Of a DNA stretch of 64,000 bases, positions 32,968 to 46,016 are shown piece by piece. Numbering within the stretch: the first letter of the stretch is position 1; each line of letters opens with the position of its first letter. The stretch is from Trueperaceae bacterium (GTDB lineage Bacteria; Deinococcota; Deinococci; Deinococcales; Trueperaceae), in NCBI GenBank assembly GCA_034521815.1, contig JAXHLW010000012.1, forward strand, positions 1 to 64,000. Reading direction: 5' to 3'. Under the pieces are notes generated by a model that was not told the origin of the DNA, made no database searches, and saw only the letters and a list, made by a program, of their open reading frames with translations. A program made the position numbers and the translations under genes.

Positions 32968-34164
32968 CTACACTCTCGCGTCGCCACCGGGCAGCGATGC
33001 GACCGCTGCGCTCAGGCGCTCCAACGCTTCGCGAACGGTCGCTCGCGGGCAGCCGACCGTCATGCGCGCGAACCCCGCTCCCTCGCGTCCGAACCAGTAG
33101 CCCTGCGCCAGCGCGACGCCGACGTCCCTGGCCAGGAAGCGCTCGAGCTCCTTGGCGTCCAGGGCGAGGCCTCGGAAATCCAGCCACAGGAGGAAGGTGC
33201 CCTCCGGCTCGATCATCGACACGCCCAGATCGTGCGACGCGAGGTGGCTGCTCACCAGCTCGACGTTGCCGCGAACGTAGGCGAGCACCTCGTCGAGCCA
33301 CGCGCCGCCGTCGCGGTACGCCGCCTCGGTCGCCGCCACCGCGAGCACGTTGGTCTTGGCGATGCGGAAGCGCCGCGCGAACGCTCGGAACGCCTCTCGG
33401 TGGGGAGCGTGCGGGATCACGACCAGGGCGTCGACCATGCCGGCGACGTTGAACGTCTTCGCAGGCGAGAGGCAGGCGGCCGCGTGCGTCGTCGCCTCGT
33501 CCGAGAGGGTCAGGTAGGGAACGTAGCGCTTCGGCGGGAACGCGAAGTCGCCGTGGATCTCGTCGGCGATGACGAAGACGCCGTGCCGCTCGCAGATCTC
33601 CGCGACGCGTTCGAGCTCCGGCCGCGTCCAGACGCGTCCGACCGGGTTGTGCGGATTGCACAGAATGAGCACCTTGGTCGTGGGCGCGGACGCCTTGGCT
33701 TCCAGGTCGACGAAGTCCATCTCGTAGCGACCGTCCACGAGGGTCAGCGGGTTCTTGACGAGGGTGCGCTTGGTGCCTCGAATGGCGGCCTTGAAGTCGA
33801 AGAACACCGGCGGCTGGACCACCACGCCGTCCCCTTCGTTCGAGTGCTGCTCGATCAGGATCGAGATGGCGCTCAGGATCGATGGGCAGGCGAGCACATC
33901 GCGACGATCCAAGCCCCAGGCGTGGCGTCTTCGGTACCAGTCCTCGATCGCCCCGAAGTAGCTTTCCGGCTTGGTTCCGTAGCCGTAGATGCCGTGTGCG
34001 ACGCGCTGCGTCAAGCTCTGGACGACGGCGGGGGGCGAGCGCAGATCCATGTCGGCGATCGACATCGGGATCGCGTCCTGGTTGCCGAAGTGCTCGGAGA
34101 GGTAGGAACGACTCCACTTCAGCGTCGGAACGTCGTTGCGGTCGATCGGTTCGCCTACGTCCAT
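32968..34164 (-). CDS. patB: MalY/PatB PLP-dependent cystathionine beta-lyase
   Basis: IADMD, HGIYGY, LCNPHNPVGRVW, DEIHGD, SPAKTFNVAG. Confidence 0.9.
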   Translation of the reverse strand: MDVGEPIDRNDVPTLKWSRSYLSEHFGNQDAIPMSIADMDLRSPPAVVQSLTQRVAHGIYGYGTKPESYFGAIEDWYRRRHAWGLDRRDVLACPSILSAISILIEQHSNEGDGVVVQPPVFFDFKAAIRGTKRTLVKNPLTLVDGRYEMDFVDLEAKASAPTTKVLILCNPHNPVGRVWTRPELERVAEICERHGVFVIADEIHGDFAFPPKRYVPYLTLSDEATTHAAACLSPAKTFNVAGMVDALVVIPHAPHREAFRAFARRFRIAKTNVLAVAATEAAYRDGGAWLDEVLAYVRGNVELVSSHLASHDLGVSMIEPEGTFLLWLDFRGLALDAKELERFLARDVGVALAQGYWFGREGAGFARMTVGCPRATVREALERLSAAVASLPGGDARV

Positions 34165-34288
34165 GAGCTGGCCGTTCGACGTCCCGCCCAAGGTGGAGCG
34201 GACCGGCCGGGGACGCGAGGTGACAGGGTGTCGGGGAACGCCGGGGGACGCATGGCCGCACTGTACGGGATCGTGCAGATGCTACGCG

Positions 34289-34601
34289 ATGAAAGACGCT
34301 GTCCGACCCGAGCAGACGGCGGCTCCTGGACCTGCTCCGCGAGCGCGACGGGCGCTCGCTGGCCGAGCTGTCCGCCCGCTTCCCGGTCTCTCCCCAGGCC
34401 GTCCCCGGCGACCCGGCCGACCTCGATACCAGCCGCGTGACCTTCACGATCACCCTAGAGGGCGACGTCTGCCAGCTGCGCCTCGTGCACGACGAGATGG
34501 ACGCGCGCGACACGGCCGAAGGCTACGCCGCGGGCTGGGCGCGGATCCTGAGCGGCCTCAAGACCTGGCTGGAGACCGGGCGCCCGCTCGTCGCCGCGTA
34601 G
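34289..34601 (+). pseudogene. Internally deleted ArsR-SRPBCC fusion (absent from the ORF track)
   Basis: One frame reads KTLSDPSRRRLLDLLRERDGRSLAELSARFPVSPQAV joined to SRVTFTI..QLRLVHD..GWARILSGLKTWLETG. Confidence 0.7.
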
Positions 34602-34626
34602 CCGCGACGACGGGGCACGCCGGGCG

Positions 34627-35634
34627 TCAACCGCGCAGATGCCGCGTGAGCTGCGACAGGTCGGTGGTCGAGGCGCGGTCCCGGACCTCGCCCTGGTAGC
34701 GGTCGAACAGCGCCTTGCCCCGCTCGAGCTCGCGCGCGAACACGCTCCGTAGCTGGTCCTGGTCCAGTCGCCGTCCCTCGCCGTAGTACGCGTCGGCGAC
34801 CTTGCCGATGGCGTAGGTGGTCGCGAAGGTCGTCAGCGCGCCGGTCGCCGCCCGGCCGAGCTTGCCTGCGGTCTTGCCGGCCAGCTTGCGGACCGTGCCG
34901 CCGAAGAGCTTGCGTGCGTAGCCCTCGAGCACCTGCGAGGTGAGGCCCACGCCGGCGATGGCCAGCAGCTCGCGGACGCTTCCCTGGTCGAGCGCGTAGC
35001 CGTGGGCGCGGCCGATCTCGTGCACCAGCTTCATCTGCACCGGCACGATCGCCATGGTGGCCAGCGACTGCGGCAGCAGCTCGAGCCCGCCCGCCAGGAT
35101 GGCGCGGTTCAGGATGGTGCGGTCCAGGTCGGGCGCGCCCTGCGGGCCGGTCGTGCTCGCGGCCGCGGCGCGGTCGCCTGGCGCGGGGTCCGCGGCGGAG
35201 CCGCTGGCCGGCGCGGGCACCGGCACGAGCGGGGCGGTGCCGGCGTGAGGCGCGTCCGCGAGCGCCTCCGCCCGCTCACGCACCGCGTCGCGATCGGGGT
35301 CCGCCAGGCGAAGGGCGCGCGCCAGCCGGTCGAGGAACGCACGCTCGGCCGCGGTGGTGTGGCCGTCGGCGTCGCACACGCCGACCGCCATCTCGTAGGC
35401 GTAGTCGGGCAGGCCCGGCGTCATCAGCGCGGCGGCCGCCTCGTCCAGATCGACGCGACGTAGCAGTACGTCCTGGTACAGGCGGGCGGTATCCACCCCG
35501 CCGAGGGCCTCGAACACCTCGGCCAGGCGGCTGCGCTCGTCGTCGCGAAGGCCGTCCGCCTGGGCCGCCATCAGGCACAGGGCAGCGACGGCGTCGCGCT
35601 CGCGGTCGGTCATCAGGGTGTCGGTGCGGTCCAT
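34627..35634 (-). CDS. TerB-like N-terminal domain plus DUF697/YcjF-like domain protein
   Basis: MAAQADG, AYEMAVGVCDADG..AERAFL; ELLPQSLA..PVQMKLVHEIG; FATTYAIG. Confidence 0.7.
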   Translation of the reverse strand: MDRTDTLMTDRERDAVAALCLMAAQADGLRDDERSRLAEVFEALGGVDTARLYQDVLLRRVDLDEAAAALMTPGLPDYAYEMAVGVCDADGHTTAAERAFLDRLARALRLADPDRDAVRERAEALADAPHAGTAPLVPVPAPASGSAADPAPGDRAAAASTTGPQGAPDLDRTILNRAILAGGLELLPQSLATMAIVPVQMKLVHEIGRAHGYALDQGSVRELLAIAGVGLTSQVLEGYARKLFGGTVRKLAGKTAGKLGRAATGALTTFATTYAIGKVADAYYGEGRRLDQDQLRSVFARELERGKALFDRYQGEVRDRASTTDLSQLTRHLRG

Positions 35635-35792
35635 GCCTCAGCATGACCCGCGTGGGCGATGACGATGGCAGCCGAAGCGTCGGTTCGCACTTCGAGGCGA
35701 TGGTGGCTACCTCGGACCAGGCTCACGAGCGAAGAGAACGCCGTGGCGGCACGGGTCGCCGCCACGGCACGTCGCATCGATCGGGCGCGTCC

Positions 35793-36584
35793 TCAGGCCG
35801 TCGCGGCGGCCCCGCTCTCGACCGGGTCGTCACCGTCCGCGATCGTCTTCTCGCGGGCGATGGCGTAGATGAGCAGGCCGAATCCGGCCTTGGCCAGCAC
35901 GTCGGCGACCGTGTAGCCCAGCTGGATCGCGACGAGGGCGGAGGCGCCTTCGAACCCGAAGAACGGCGCCATGTAGGCGATCGGGTAGACGCCCCACGTG
36001 CCCAGCAGCAGCAGGCGCAGGTTCCTCACCAGGATGCGGACCTTGGGCGGCTGACGGTCCAGCGCCGTGCCCAGCTCGCCCCACAGCACCCAGAGGATGT
36101 ACACGAACGGCACGCTGCTGAGGAAGCCCCAGACGAAGCGCATGGTGCCGTCGTCGGTGATCTCGCCGGGGTAGCCGAGCGCGATCATCAATACGGCGGC
36201 GACCGAGAGACGGGCGATCATCGAGCCGGCCTTGGCTCGCGTCAACGCCAGGACCGCCACCACTTCGACCAGCAACAGCGGGACCGTCAGGAGCCAGTCG
36301 ATGTAGCGGTACGCGTCGTTGAACAGCTGGCCGCTGGGGGCGTAGCCGCCGTCGCCCAGGACGAAGGCGCCGGACCACGACTCGAACATGCGCAGGTAGT
36401 GGTACGCCGCGATGGCGACGACGACCGCCGAGATCAACAGGGCGGGGCGGTACTTGACGCCCACCTGGCTGCGCGCGGCCAGGAAGAAGATGAAGCCTGC
36501 GCCCATGGCGGCGACACCGAACGAGAGAGCGTTGTAGACCAGCTGGTACTGGCCGATGGACAGGAAAGGTAGTTCCACGATCAT
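35793..36584 (-). CDS. Xanthorhodopsin/Gloeobacter-rhodopsin-clade proton-pumping rhodopsin
   Basis: Seven TMs, YHY, FNDAYRYIDWLLTVPLLLVE (DTE motif), LGYPGE, WGVYP, DVLAK; GTG 36578 is an alternative start. Confidence 0.93.
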   Translation of the reverse strand: MIVELPFLSIGQYQLVYNALSFGVAAMGAGFIFFLAARSQVGVKYRPALLISAVVVAIAAYHYLRMFESWSGAFVLGDGGYAPSGQLFNDAYRYIDWLLTVPLLLVEVVAVLALTRAKAGSMIARLSVAAVLMIALGYPGEITDDGTMRFVWGFLSSVPFVYILWVLWGELGTALDRQPPKVRILVRNLRLLLLGTWGVYPIAYMAPFFGFEGASALVAIQLGYTVADVLAKAGFGLLIYAIAREKTIADGDDPVESGAAATA

Positions 36585-36896
36585 CCTCCTCTTGGGTCTC
36601 GCCACGGCGCGGAACGACGTCGCGATGCCTCTTACGGCGCAGCATGGAGGCTTCCGCGGATCCAAACCGCGCCCGCGCCCGCAATCCCGGACCGAGGTTC
36701 GTGGGACAGGCCACCAAGAGGCCGGAAGAGCGTCACCGACGCTACACATCGTTCAAGGTCGCACCCCGGAATGGGCGAGATCGCCTACGGTCCGATGGAG
36801 TCTGGGCGCTGAACTTGCGAACGTATGCGAGCGCGACGCCGTCCTCACCAGTGTGAACGTAGCGTCACCGCGACGGCCGAGGCCCGCCTGGCTCCG

Positions 36897-37865
36897 ATGC
36901 TGCTGATCGCGGCGTGGGGCACCGTCTTCGTCGCGGTCACGGCAAAGGCCGCGGCGCCGTGGCTCGTGGACCGCTACGTGATGTGGCCGCTGCTGGTCGG
37001 GATCGTCGTTCTCGGGCTTCCCCACGGCGCTCTGGACGACCTGATCCCTGCCCGGATCGGCTTCGCGTGGGGGTGCCGGACCGCGCCCGTCGCGCTGTTC
37101 CTCGCGGCGTACGCAGGCTTGGTGGCCGCCTACCTCGGCGTTCGGCTCCTCGTGCCGGCGTGGGCGTTCGCGGGGTTCCTGCTGGCGACGATCTGGCACT
37201 GGGGACAGGGGGACCAACGGTTCCTCGAGATCTTCCTGGGCGCAGGCCGACGGCCAGGCGTCGCCGCCCTCGTGACGGTCCTGACGCGCGGATCCATGCC
37301 GATCCTGGTGCCGATCGCGGCCTTTCCCGCAGCCGCCCAGGATCTGTTCGTCCGCGCGACGTCCGGCCTCGGCCTCGAGGTCGCGGCGCTGGACCTGGGT
37401 GCGCCGTGGCTGCGCGTGCTGATCCTGGCCGTGCTCGCAGGCTTGTCGGTCAGCTACCTGCTGGTCGCGATCGACGCGGCCGCCACGCGCGTAGGCCTGC
37501 TGGTGGACGTGACCGAGGTCGCCCTGCTGGCCGGCTTCTTCGCCTTCGTGCCCGCGAACGCCGCGATCGGAATCTACTTCGTCGCCTGGCACTCGCTGCG
37601 CCACCTCGCGAGGCTGGCGTTGCTCAGGCGACCCGATGCCGAGGCGATCGGGCGAGGCGACCTCGTGGGACCCGTCCGGCGCCTGGCCGTGGACTTGATC
37701 CCCGTCACCGCTGCAGCGCTGGCGCTGCTGGCGTCGCTTACGATGTGGTCGCAGGCGAACCTGCAGACCGTCGACGACTTCGTCGCGGTGTACCTCGTCC
37801 TGATCAGCGCCCTCACCGTGCCGCACATGATCGTCGTCGCGATGATGGACGTCCGTCCCGCCTAG
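36897..37865 (+). CDS. blh: Brp/Blh beta-carotene 15,15'-dioxygenase
   Basis: Four His motifs: GLPHGALD, WHWG, WHSLRH, LTVPH; divergent from the rhodopsin. Confidence 0.9.
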   Translation: MLLIAAWGTVFVAVTAKAAAPWLVDRYVMWPLLVGIVVLGLPHGALDDLIPARIGFAWGCRTAPVALFLAAYAGLVAAYLGVRLLVPAWAFAGFLLATIWHWGQGDQRFLEIFLGAGRRPGVAALVTVLTRGSMPILVPIAAFPAAAQDLFVRATSGLGLEVAALDLGAPWLRVLILAVLAGLSVSYLLVAIDAAATRVGLLVDVTEVALLAGFFAFVPANAAIGIYFVAWHSLRHLARLALLRRPDAEAIGRGDLVGPVRRLAVDLIPVTAAALALLASLTMWSQANLQTVDDFVAVYLVLISALTVPHMIVVAMMDVRPA

Positions 37866-37951
37866 ACGCTCTGCCGTTAGGGAATCTCGTGGCTCAGTCG
37901 GTAAGGGCCGCTGGACGCCTCGAGCCGGTGCGATCGTGCTACAACGTGCAC

Positions 37952-38401
37952 ATGTGCGCACGCAAGAGATCCGAAAGCTCGACCGCTCCGCGCGGCATTC
38001 GGTTGCCGACCGAACTCGCGCAGGCCATCCAGCACGAAGCGGACGCTCGAAACCGCTCCTGGTCGGCGATGACCGGCGAGCTTCTGGAAGAGGCGATCCG
38101 CATGCGCCGTGCGCCCGGCGTCGCGTTCGTCGACGGCGCCACGGGCCGGCGCGCCGTCGTCGCCGGCACCGGACTCGACGTCTGGGAGGTCGTCGCTACC
38201 TGGCGCAACGTCGAAGGGGACATCGGCCGGCTCGAGCGGAGCTATCCGTGGCTCTCGGAGATGCAGCTGCGCTCGGCGATCGGGTACTACCGGCTGTACC
38301 CGGACGAGATCGACGCGCGACTCGAACGCGAGGACGCCTGGACGCCGGAACGCGTGCGTCAGGAGCTCCCGTACGTGACGCCCACCGATCCGACCCGTTG
38401 A
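37952..38401 (+). CDS. DUF433-domain antitoxin (VapB45-like) with RHH-like N-terminus
   Basis: IRLPTEL..; PGVAF.DG.TGRRAVVAGTGLDVWEVV; LS..QLRSAIGYY..YPDEID. Confidence 0.82.
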   Translation: MCARKRSESSTAPRGIRLPTELAQAIQHEADARNRSWSAMTGELLEEAIRMRRAPGVAFVDGATGRRAVVAGTGLDVWEVVATWRNVEGDIGRLERSYPWLSEMQLRSAIGYYRLYPDEIDARLEREDAWTPERVRQELPYVTPTDPTR

Positions 38402-38417
38402 CGCCGGAGCGGACTGC

Positions 38418-38765
38418 ATGCGTTTCCTACTCGACGAGGACCTGCCGCCCAAAACGGCGGACGTCGGGCGTGGACTGGGGCTCGACGTGGTGAGCGTCCA
38501 CGAGCTCGCACGGACGGGTCTCAGCGACGAACACCAACTCGCGTTCGCCGCCTCCGAGCGGCGGATCCTGGTGACCTGCAACCGCGACGACTTCGTCGCC
38601 CTCACGCGCAGCTTCTACGCCACGGGCAGGCCACACGCCGGCATCGTGATGGTGTCGCGGGCGTGCCCGAACCATCGTCCCGCGACCATCGCACACGCCC
38701 TGGCGGCCTGGCGCGAGCGATACGCGCCCAACGGACCGGGGTCGGGCTTCCTCGACTTCTTGTGA
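38418..38765 (+). CDS. DUF5615 PIN-like toxin (VapC45-like)
   Basis: [32 protein letters not shown]. Confidence 0.85.
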   Translation: MRFLLDEDLPPKTADVGRGLGLDVVSVHELARTGLSDEHQLAFAASERRILVTCNRDDFVALTRSFYATGRPHAGIVMVSRACPNHRPATIAHALAAWRERYAPNGPGSGFLDFL

Positions 38766-38859
38766 CGTCGGCTTCAGAGCGTCGCGGCGCCCGAACGCTA
38801 AGGTCCGGGCGCCGCGACACGATCCACCCGCCTCCGCGGGCGGCGTTGCGCGTTCCCTC

Positions 38860-41813
<2,954 letters not shown>

Positions 41814-41829
41814 GCCGAAGCTTCGCCGG

Positions 41830-43765
41830 TCAGCGGCGACACGTCGATTCCAGGGGCCTCGCGAGGCCCCTGGAATCGACGTGTCGCTTCGCTAACGGGC
41901 GCCCGAGCGCCCCTTGACCCCCGTCTCCGCCCAAGTCGACGACGCGCTTGATCGCCCAGCGCCCAACGATGGCATCGCCGCGAAGGTCGGGGCTGACGGA
42001 TCCATGGCCCCAGAAGTGATCGTTGATGCTGGACGCTCCCGAGCCGTACACGCCCACGACGCGGGCTGCGACGCCGGTGGGCTGAGTGTCGTCGGAGGCC
42101 TTCATCCACGCCGAGCGCACCCGCATGTCGTGGTCGACGAGATTACTGGCGAACTCGCGCGAGAAGTTGTCGCGGACGTAGGCGTTCGTGTGGAAGCCCA
42201 GGATCATGTGCAGTCCGTCGAACTCGTCTCGCCAGCGGTCGAAGTAGCTCAGGCCGCTCCAGTCGTCCCGCAGCACCTGGCACGAGTAGAGCGCAAGCCA
42301 CTCGAGATCGCCATCGCCCCAATCGCCGTCGGCGTCGGTGTGGGTGAGCGTGCCGTCGTCGTGCGAGCTGTCTTCGAACGTGAAGCCTCCCCGTAGCCGT
42401 GACCGACGTAGAAGGTGATGTCCGTGTTGTCGATGTACGCCGAGTCGCCGGGTGCCTTGAAATCCTGTTCCCAGGCGTTCGTGCCGGTCCAGCTGAAGCG
42501 TCGGGTGACGCCGTCCGCACTCATCTCGTCGCGGAAGCCCTGCTCGAGCGCACCGAACTCGTTCGTCACGGCGTTCTCGGTGCCGAAGTCTCGCACGCCC
42601 CCGACCTGCGGCCACAGGCCCGCACCGACGACCTGCGCGTCGACGTCGAACGTCTGGCGGGCTTGCACCTCGATGCCGTTGGCGTCGGTGACGGTCGCGA
42701 CGAGCGTGTCCTGCGTCGCCTCGGCACGGCTGGTGACGGTGTAGAGCGCCGACGTGCTCGTCGCTCCGTCAGCCTCCGCGAGATCGACGTGGGTGGAGCT
42801 CCACGAGACCGTGTAGGCGCGCGACCGCCGTCGATGCGCACGTCGGCGCGTACGTCGGCACCCTCGACCAGCACGTCGAGCTCCGCATTCGGAACGTAGT
42901 TGGCGTCCTCGACCGCGGGGAGCAGCTGCTGGAGCAGCGCGACCTGCTCCCCGTCCACCGTCGCCGTCCCGCTGCACTCCACGTGCGGCAGGAGGATCGC
43001 GACCGAGCCGAGCTCTAGCGGTGGCGCGTAGTAGACCATCCGGGTCGAGACGTTCACCTCTCCGAGCGTGCGTCCGAGCGCGTCGCTGCAGCGGCTCATC
43101 GCCTCGTCGTCCGACAGGACGGCGACGTCCTCGCCCGTCTCGACGCCACGGAACGCGTACCGGAGCGAGGTCGCGCCGTCGCCATCGAACGTCGCGTAGA
43201 CCGTCGCTCCCGGCCCCAGGAGCGGGAGCCGATCGTCGGTCAGGGTGAAGTCGTACGCGACCCTCGCGTCGAGCACGACGGAGCTCGAGGCGGTCGCCCC
43301 GCTCGCCTGCCACTCGAACACCGTCTCCTGGGTGACCTGCGTGGATCCGCCCTGCGGGAACAGCTCGGTCAGGCCGGCGGCGTCGAGGGCGCTGCCGAGC
43401 TGCCTGGCGGCCTCGTCCGTTGTCGGTATCTGCAGCGCATCGAGCGCCCCGAAGTCGATCGCCTCGTACGTGACGACGCCGCCTTCCTCCTCGTCGAAGC
43501 TCGACCCCACCTCGGTCGCACCGGTGGGGACGTAGGCGAACCGCTCAGGGGCGAAGAAGTCGACGATGGCGTTTTCGAACGTGACCGCCTCTCCCAGGCT
43601 CAGCTCGGATGCGAGCGCTGTGACCTGACTGGCGCTGGGACCCGTGCGGACGACCTCGTAGACCGGTAGGCGCTGTTCACCGTCGGCCGACTCCGTGGGT
43701 GTGCATCCCGCGACGACGACGAGTACGGACACGAGCATTCCGAAGTAGCGTGCGTGACGTTTCAT
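41830..43765 (-). CDS. Large lipoprotein with C-terminal DUF6345-like domain (frameshifts near 42825 and 42390; true stop uncertain)
   Basis: Lipobox VAGC; DITFYVGHG; WGDGDLEWLALYSCQVL; GLHMILGF. Confidence 0.7.
41836..41887. repeat. Perfect 52-bp palindrome with no loop
   Basis: GCGACACGTCGATTCCAGGGGCCTCG followed directly by CGAGGCCCCTGGAATCGACGTGTCGC. Confidence 0.95.
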
Positions 43766-44025
43766 GGACACCTCCGTGCGGCCCGACCCAAGGTAGGTGG
43801 CCGGTCCGCGACTCGGCTGGCGTGTCGTGCATGGTCGTCCGCGCGCGAGGCCTGCGTCCGGCGCGTCGGGCGATGCTGCCGTGGCTTTCGCCCCCTCTCT
43901 GCGCACGGTAGGCACGCGTCAGTCTATGGGCTGTACATTTTTCGGCATGTGCATCCGTGGGCCAGGCGACGGCGGGCCGGTGCGGCCCAGGCCGAAGACG
44001 AAGAGGGACCGCTACGCCACGTTGG

Positions 44026-44665
44026 CTAGGCTGCGTCGCCCCAAGCCTGCGTGAGCGCTCGCTCGAACACGTCGACCTCCTGCGCCCCAGACACCGCGAA
44101 AGCGCGGTCCAGGACGAAGAAGGGGACGCTCTGGATCCCGAACGCTCGGGCCTGGTCCTGATCCTCGCGGACCGAGGTGGCGTACGCCTCGCCCTCTAGC
44201 GCGGCCCGGACCTCGCCCTCGGCCAAGCCCAGCTCGGTAGCGAGGTCGATCAGCGTGTCGGGCTCGCCGATCGCGCGGCCTTGGGTCCAGTACGCCCGCA
44301 ACAGGCGCTCGTTCGCTTCGGTTCGCAGGCCGTGGTCGGCGGCCAGGTGGATCAGGCGATGCGCGTCGAAGGTGTTGCCCGGCTTGGCGAGGTCCAGGCG
44401 CACCTCGAGCCCTTCGCCCTCCGACATGGCGACGACGTTCGCGGTCATCTGGCGTGCCTGCTCGAGCGACACGCCGTACTTGGCGGCCAGCTGCTCGTCC
44501 ATCGTTCCGGGCGTGCGCCGTGGCGCAGCGGGATCGAGCTGGAAGGCGCGCCAGACGACCTCGACCTCGTCCGCGTGCGGGAACGCCGCCAGCGCACGCG
44601 TCGAAGCGGCGCTTTCCGACGTAGCAGAACGGGCAGACGATGTCGGACCAGATCTCGACCTTCAT
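44026..44665 (-). CDS. frnE: DsbA-family FrnE-like oxidoreductase (frameshifted)
   Basis: MKVEIWSDIVCPFCYVGKRRF; NTFDAHRL; GIQSVPFFV; VSGAQ. Confidence 0.85.
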
Positions 44666-45342
44666 GCGGAACGGCCTGCGGTCACGAAGCGCGAGACCTC
44701 CTCGAGCGGCCTCTTGTCGATGCGCGGCACGGTGGCGTCGCGGGCCGGGAGGCCGGCCACCACCAGCAGGAACGCCTGCTCGTTGGCGGGTCGCTCCAGG
44801 ATGTCGCGCAGGAAGCTCATCGGGCTGGGCGTGTGCGTCAGCGTCGCGAGTCCGGCGTGGTGCAGCGCCGCCAGCAGGAACCCGGTCGCGATGCCGACGG
44901 ACTCCTTGACGTAGTAGTGCTTCTCGGTCGAGCCGTCTTCGCGGAGGCCGTGCGTTCGCGCGAACACGGCGATCAGCCACGGCGCGGTCTCGAGGAACGG
45001 CTTGTTCGCGTCGGTGCCGAACGGCTGCAGCGCCTCGAGCCAGTCGGTCGGGGCGCGTCCGCCGTAGAAGGCACGCTCCTCGGCCTCGGCGGCCGCGCGA
45101 ATCTGGCGCTTCACGCCGGCGTCGGCGACCGCGACGAACGTCCACGGCTGCATGTTGGCCCCGTTGGGCGCCCGTCCTGCGGTTCGGATCGCGCTTTCGA
45201 TCACGGCGCGCGACACGGGCGTCTCGGCGAACTGCCGCACGGTCCGGCGGCTTCGCATCGTCGCCTCGAACGCCTCGATACGCCGCAGGCGCTCGGCGTC
45301 GTCGAGCTCCGGGTAGCCGGGCAGGGGATCGTGGATCGCCAT
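44662..45342 (-). CDS. Nitroreductase superfamily protein, iodotyrosine-deiodinase-like
   Basis: RRTVRQF, APNGANMQPW, EAEERAFY, NKPFLETAP, YVKESVGIA, LTHTP. Confidence 0.85.
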   Translation of the reverse strand: MAIHDPLPGYPELDDAERLRRIEAFEATMRSRRTVRQFAETPVSRAVIESAIRTAGRAPNGANMQPWTFVAVADAGVKRQIRAAAEAEERAFYGGRAPTDWLEALQPFGTDANKPFLETAPWLIAVFARTHGLREDGSTEKHYYVKESVGIATGFLLAALHHAGLATLTHTPSPMSFLRDILERPANEQAFLLVVAGLPARDATVPRIDKRPLEEVSRFVTAGRSA

Positions 45343-45401
45343 GGCGCATTCCATCACGGCGGCATGCCGGCCGCGGGACGGGCCGGCCGCGAAGCCGCGA
45401 C

Positions 45402-45947
45402 TCAGAGCAGCAGCGCGCCGATCGCCGCGTTCAGCACGAAGGAGGCCAGCGCGGCCAGCAACAGCACGCCCCACGTCTGTCCGCCGGGCGCCAGGTTCAT
45501 GCTGGACTGCGTCGCGAGGTACGCGAAGTACACGTTCAGGGCGATCCCCGCGATGGCGACGAGCGGGATCAGCAGCACGCCTATCAGGGTGAGGATCAGG
45601 ATCAGCGTGACGATGGAGATCAGGACCGAGAGCGGCGCCCAGAACAGCGCGAAGCTGTACGCCACCTCGTCCAGGGTGCCCGTGCCGCCACGGCGACTGC
45701 CGAGCCAGTGCACGATGTAGGTGAAGACCAGGAACCCCAGAATCGTGAACAGGATGTTGGCGATGAAGCCGCCGATGCCGTCGGTCAGGCCGAACAGGCC
45801 GGTGATGGCGCCGGCGAGCGCGACGTAGGCGATCGCGTCGCGAAGCGTGCCGGATTTCTCGTGTCGCTCGAACGCCGCGACGCTGCGGCTGGCGAGAACG
45901 TCGCGGCTTTGCGTGAACATGTCCGTGATCGAGCTGCTTGCTGCCAT
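45402..45947 (-). CDS. Yip1-like membrane protein
   Basis: About five TMs with a GG.GT loop. Confidence 0.65.
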   Translation of the reverse strand: MAASSSITDMFTQSRDVLASRSVAAFERHEKSGTLRDAIAYVALAGAITGLFGLTDGIGGFIANILFTILGFLVFTYIVHWLGSRRGGTGTLDEVAYSFALFWAPLSVLISIVTLILILTLIGVLLIPLVAIAGIALNVYFAYLATQSSMNLAPGGQTWGVLLLAALASFVLNAAIGALLL

Positions 45948-46016
45948 GGTGACCCCCTCGAGTCGTGCTCGCACCACCCTAGCGTGCGGACGGGGGTGGC
46001 GGGTCCAGGGGGCTCG

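Noticed and set aside
41830-41917. Same peptide RHVDSRGLARPLESTCR in ORFs on both strands
   Set aside because: A direct consequence of the 52-bp palindrome
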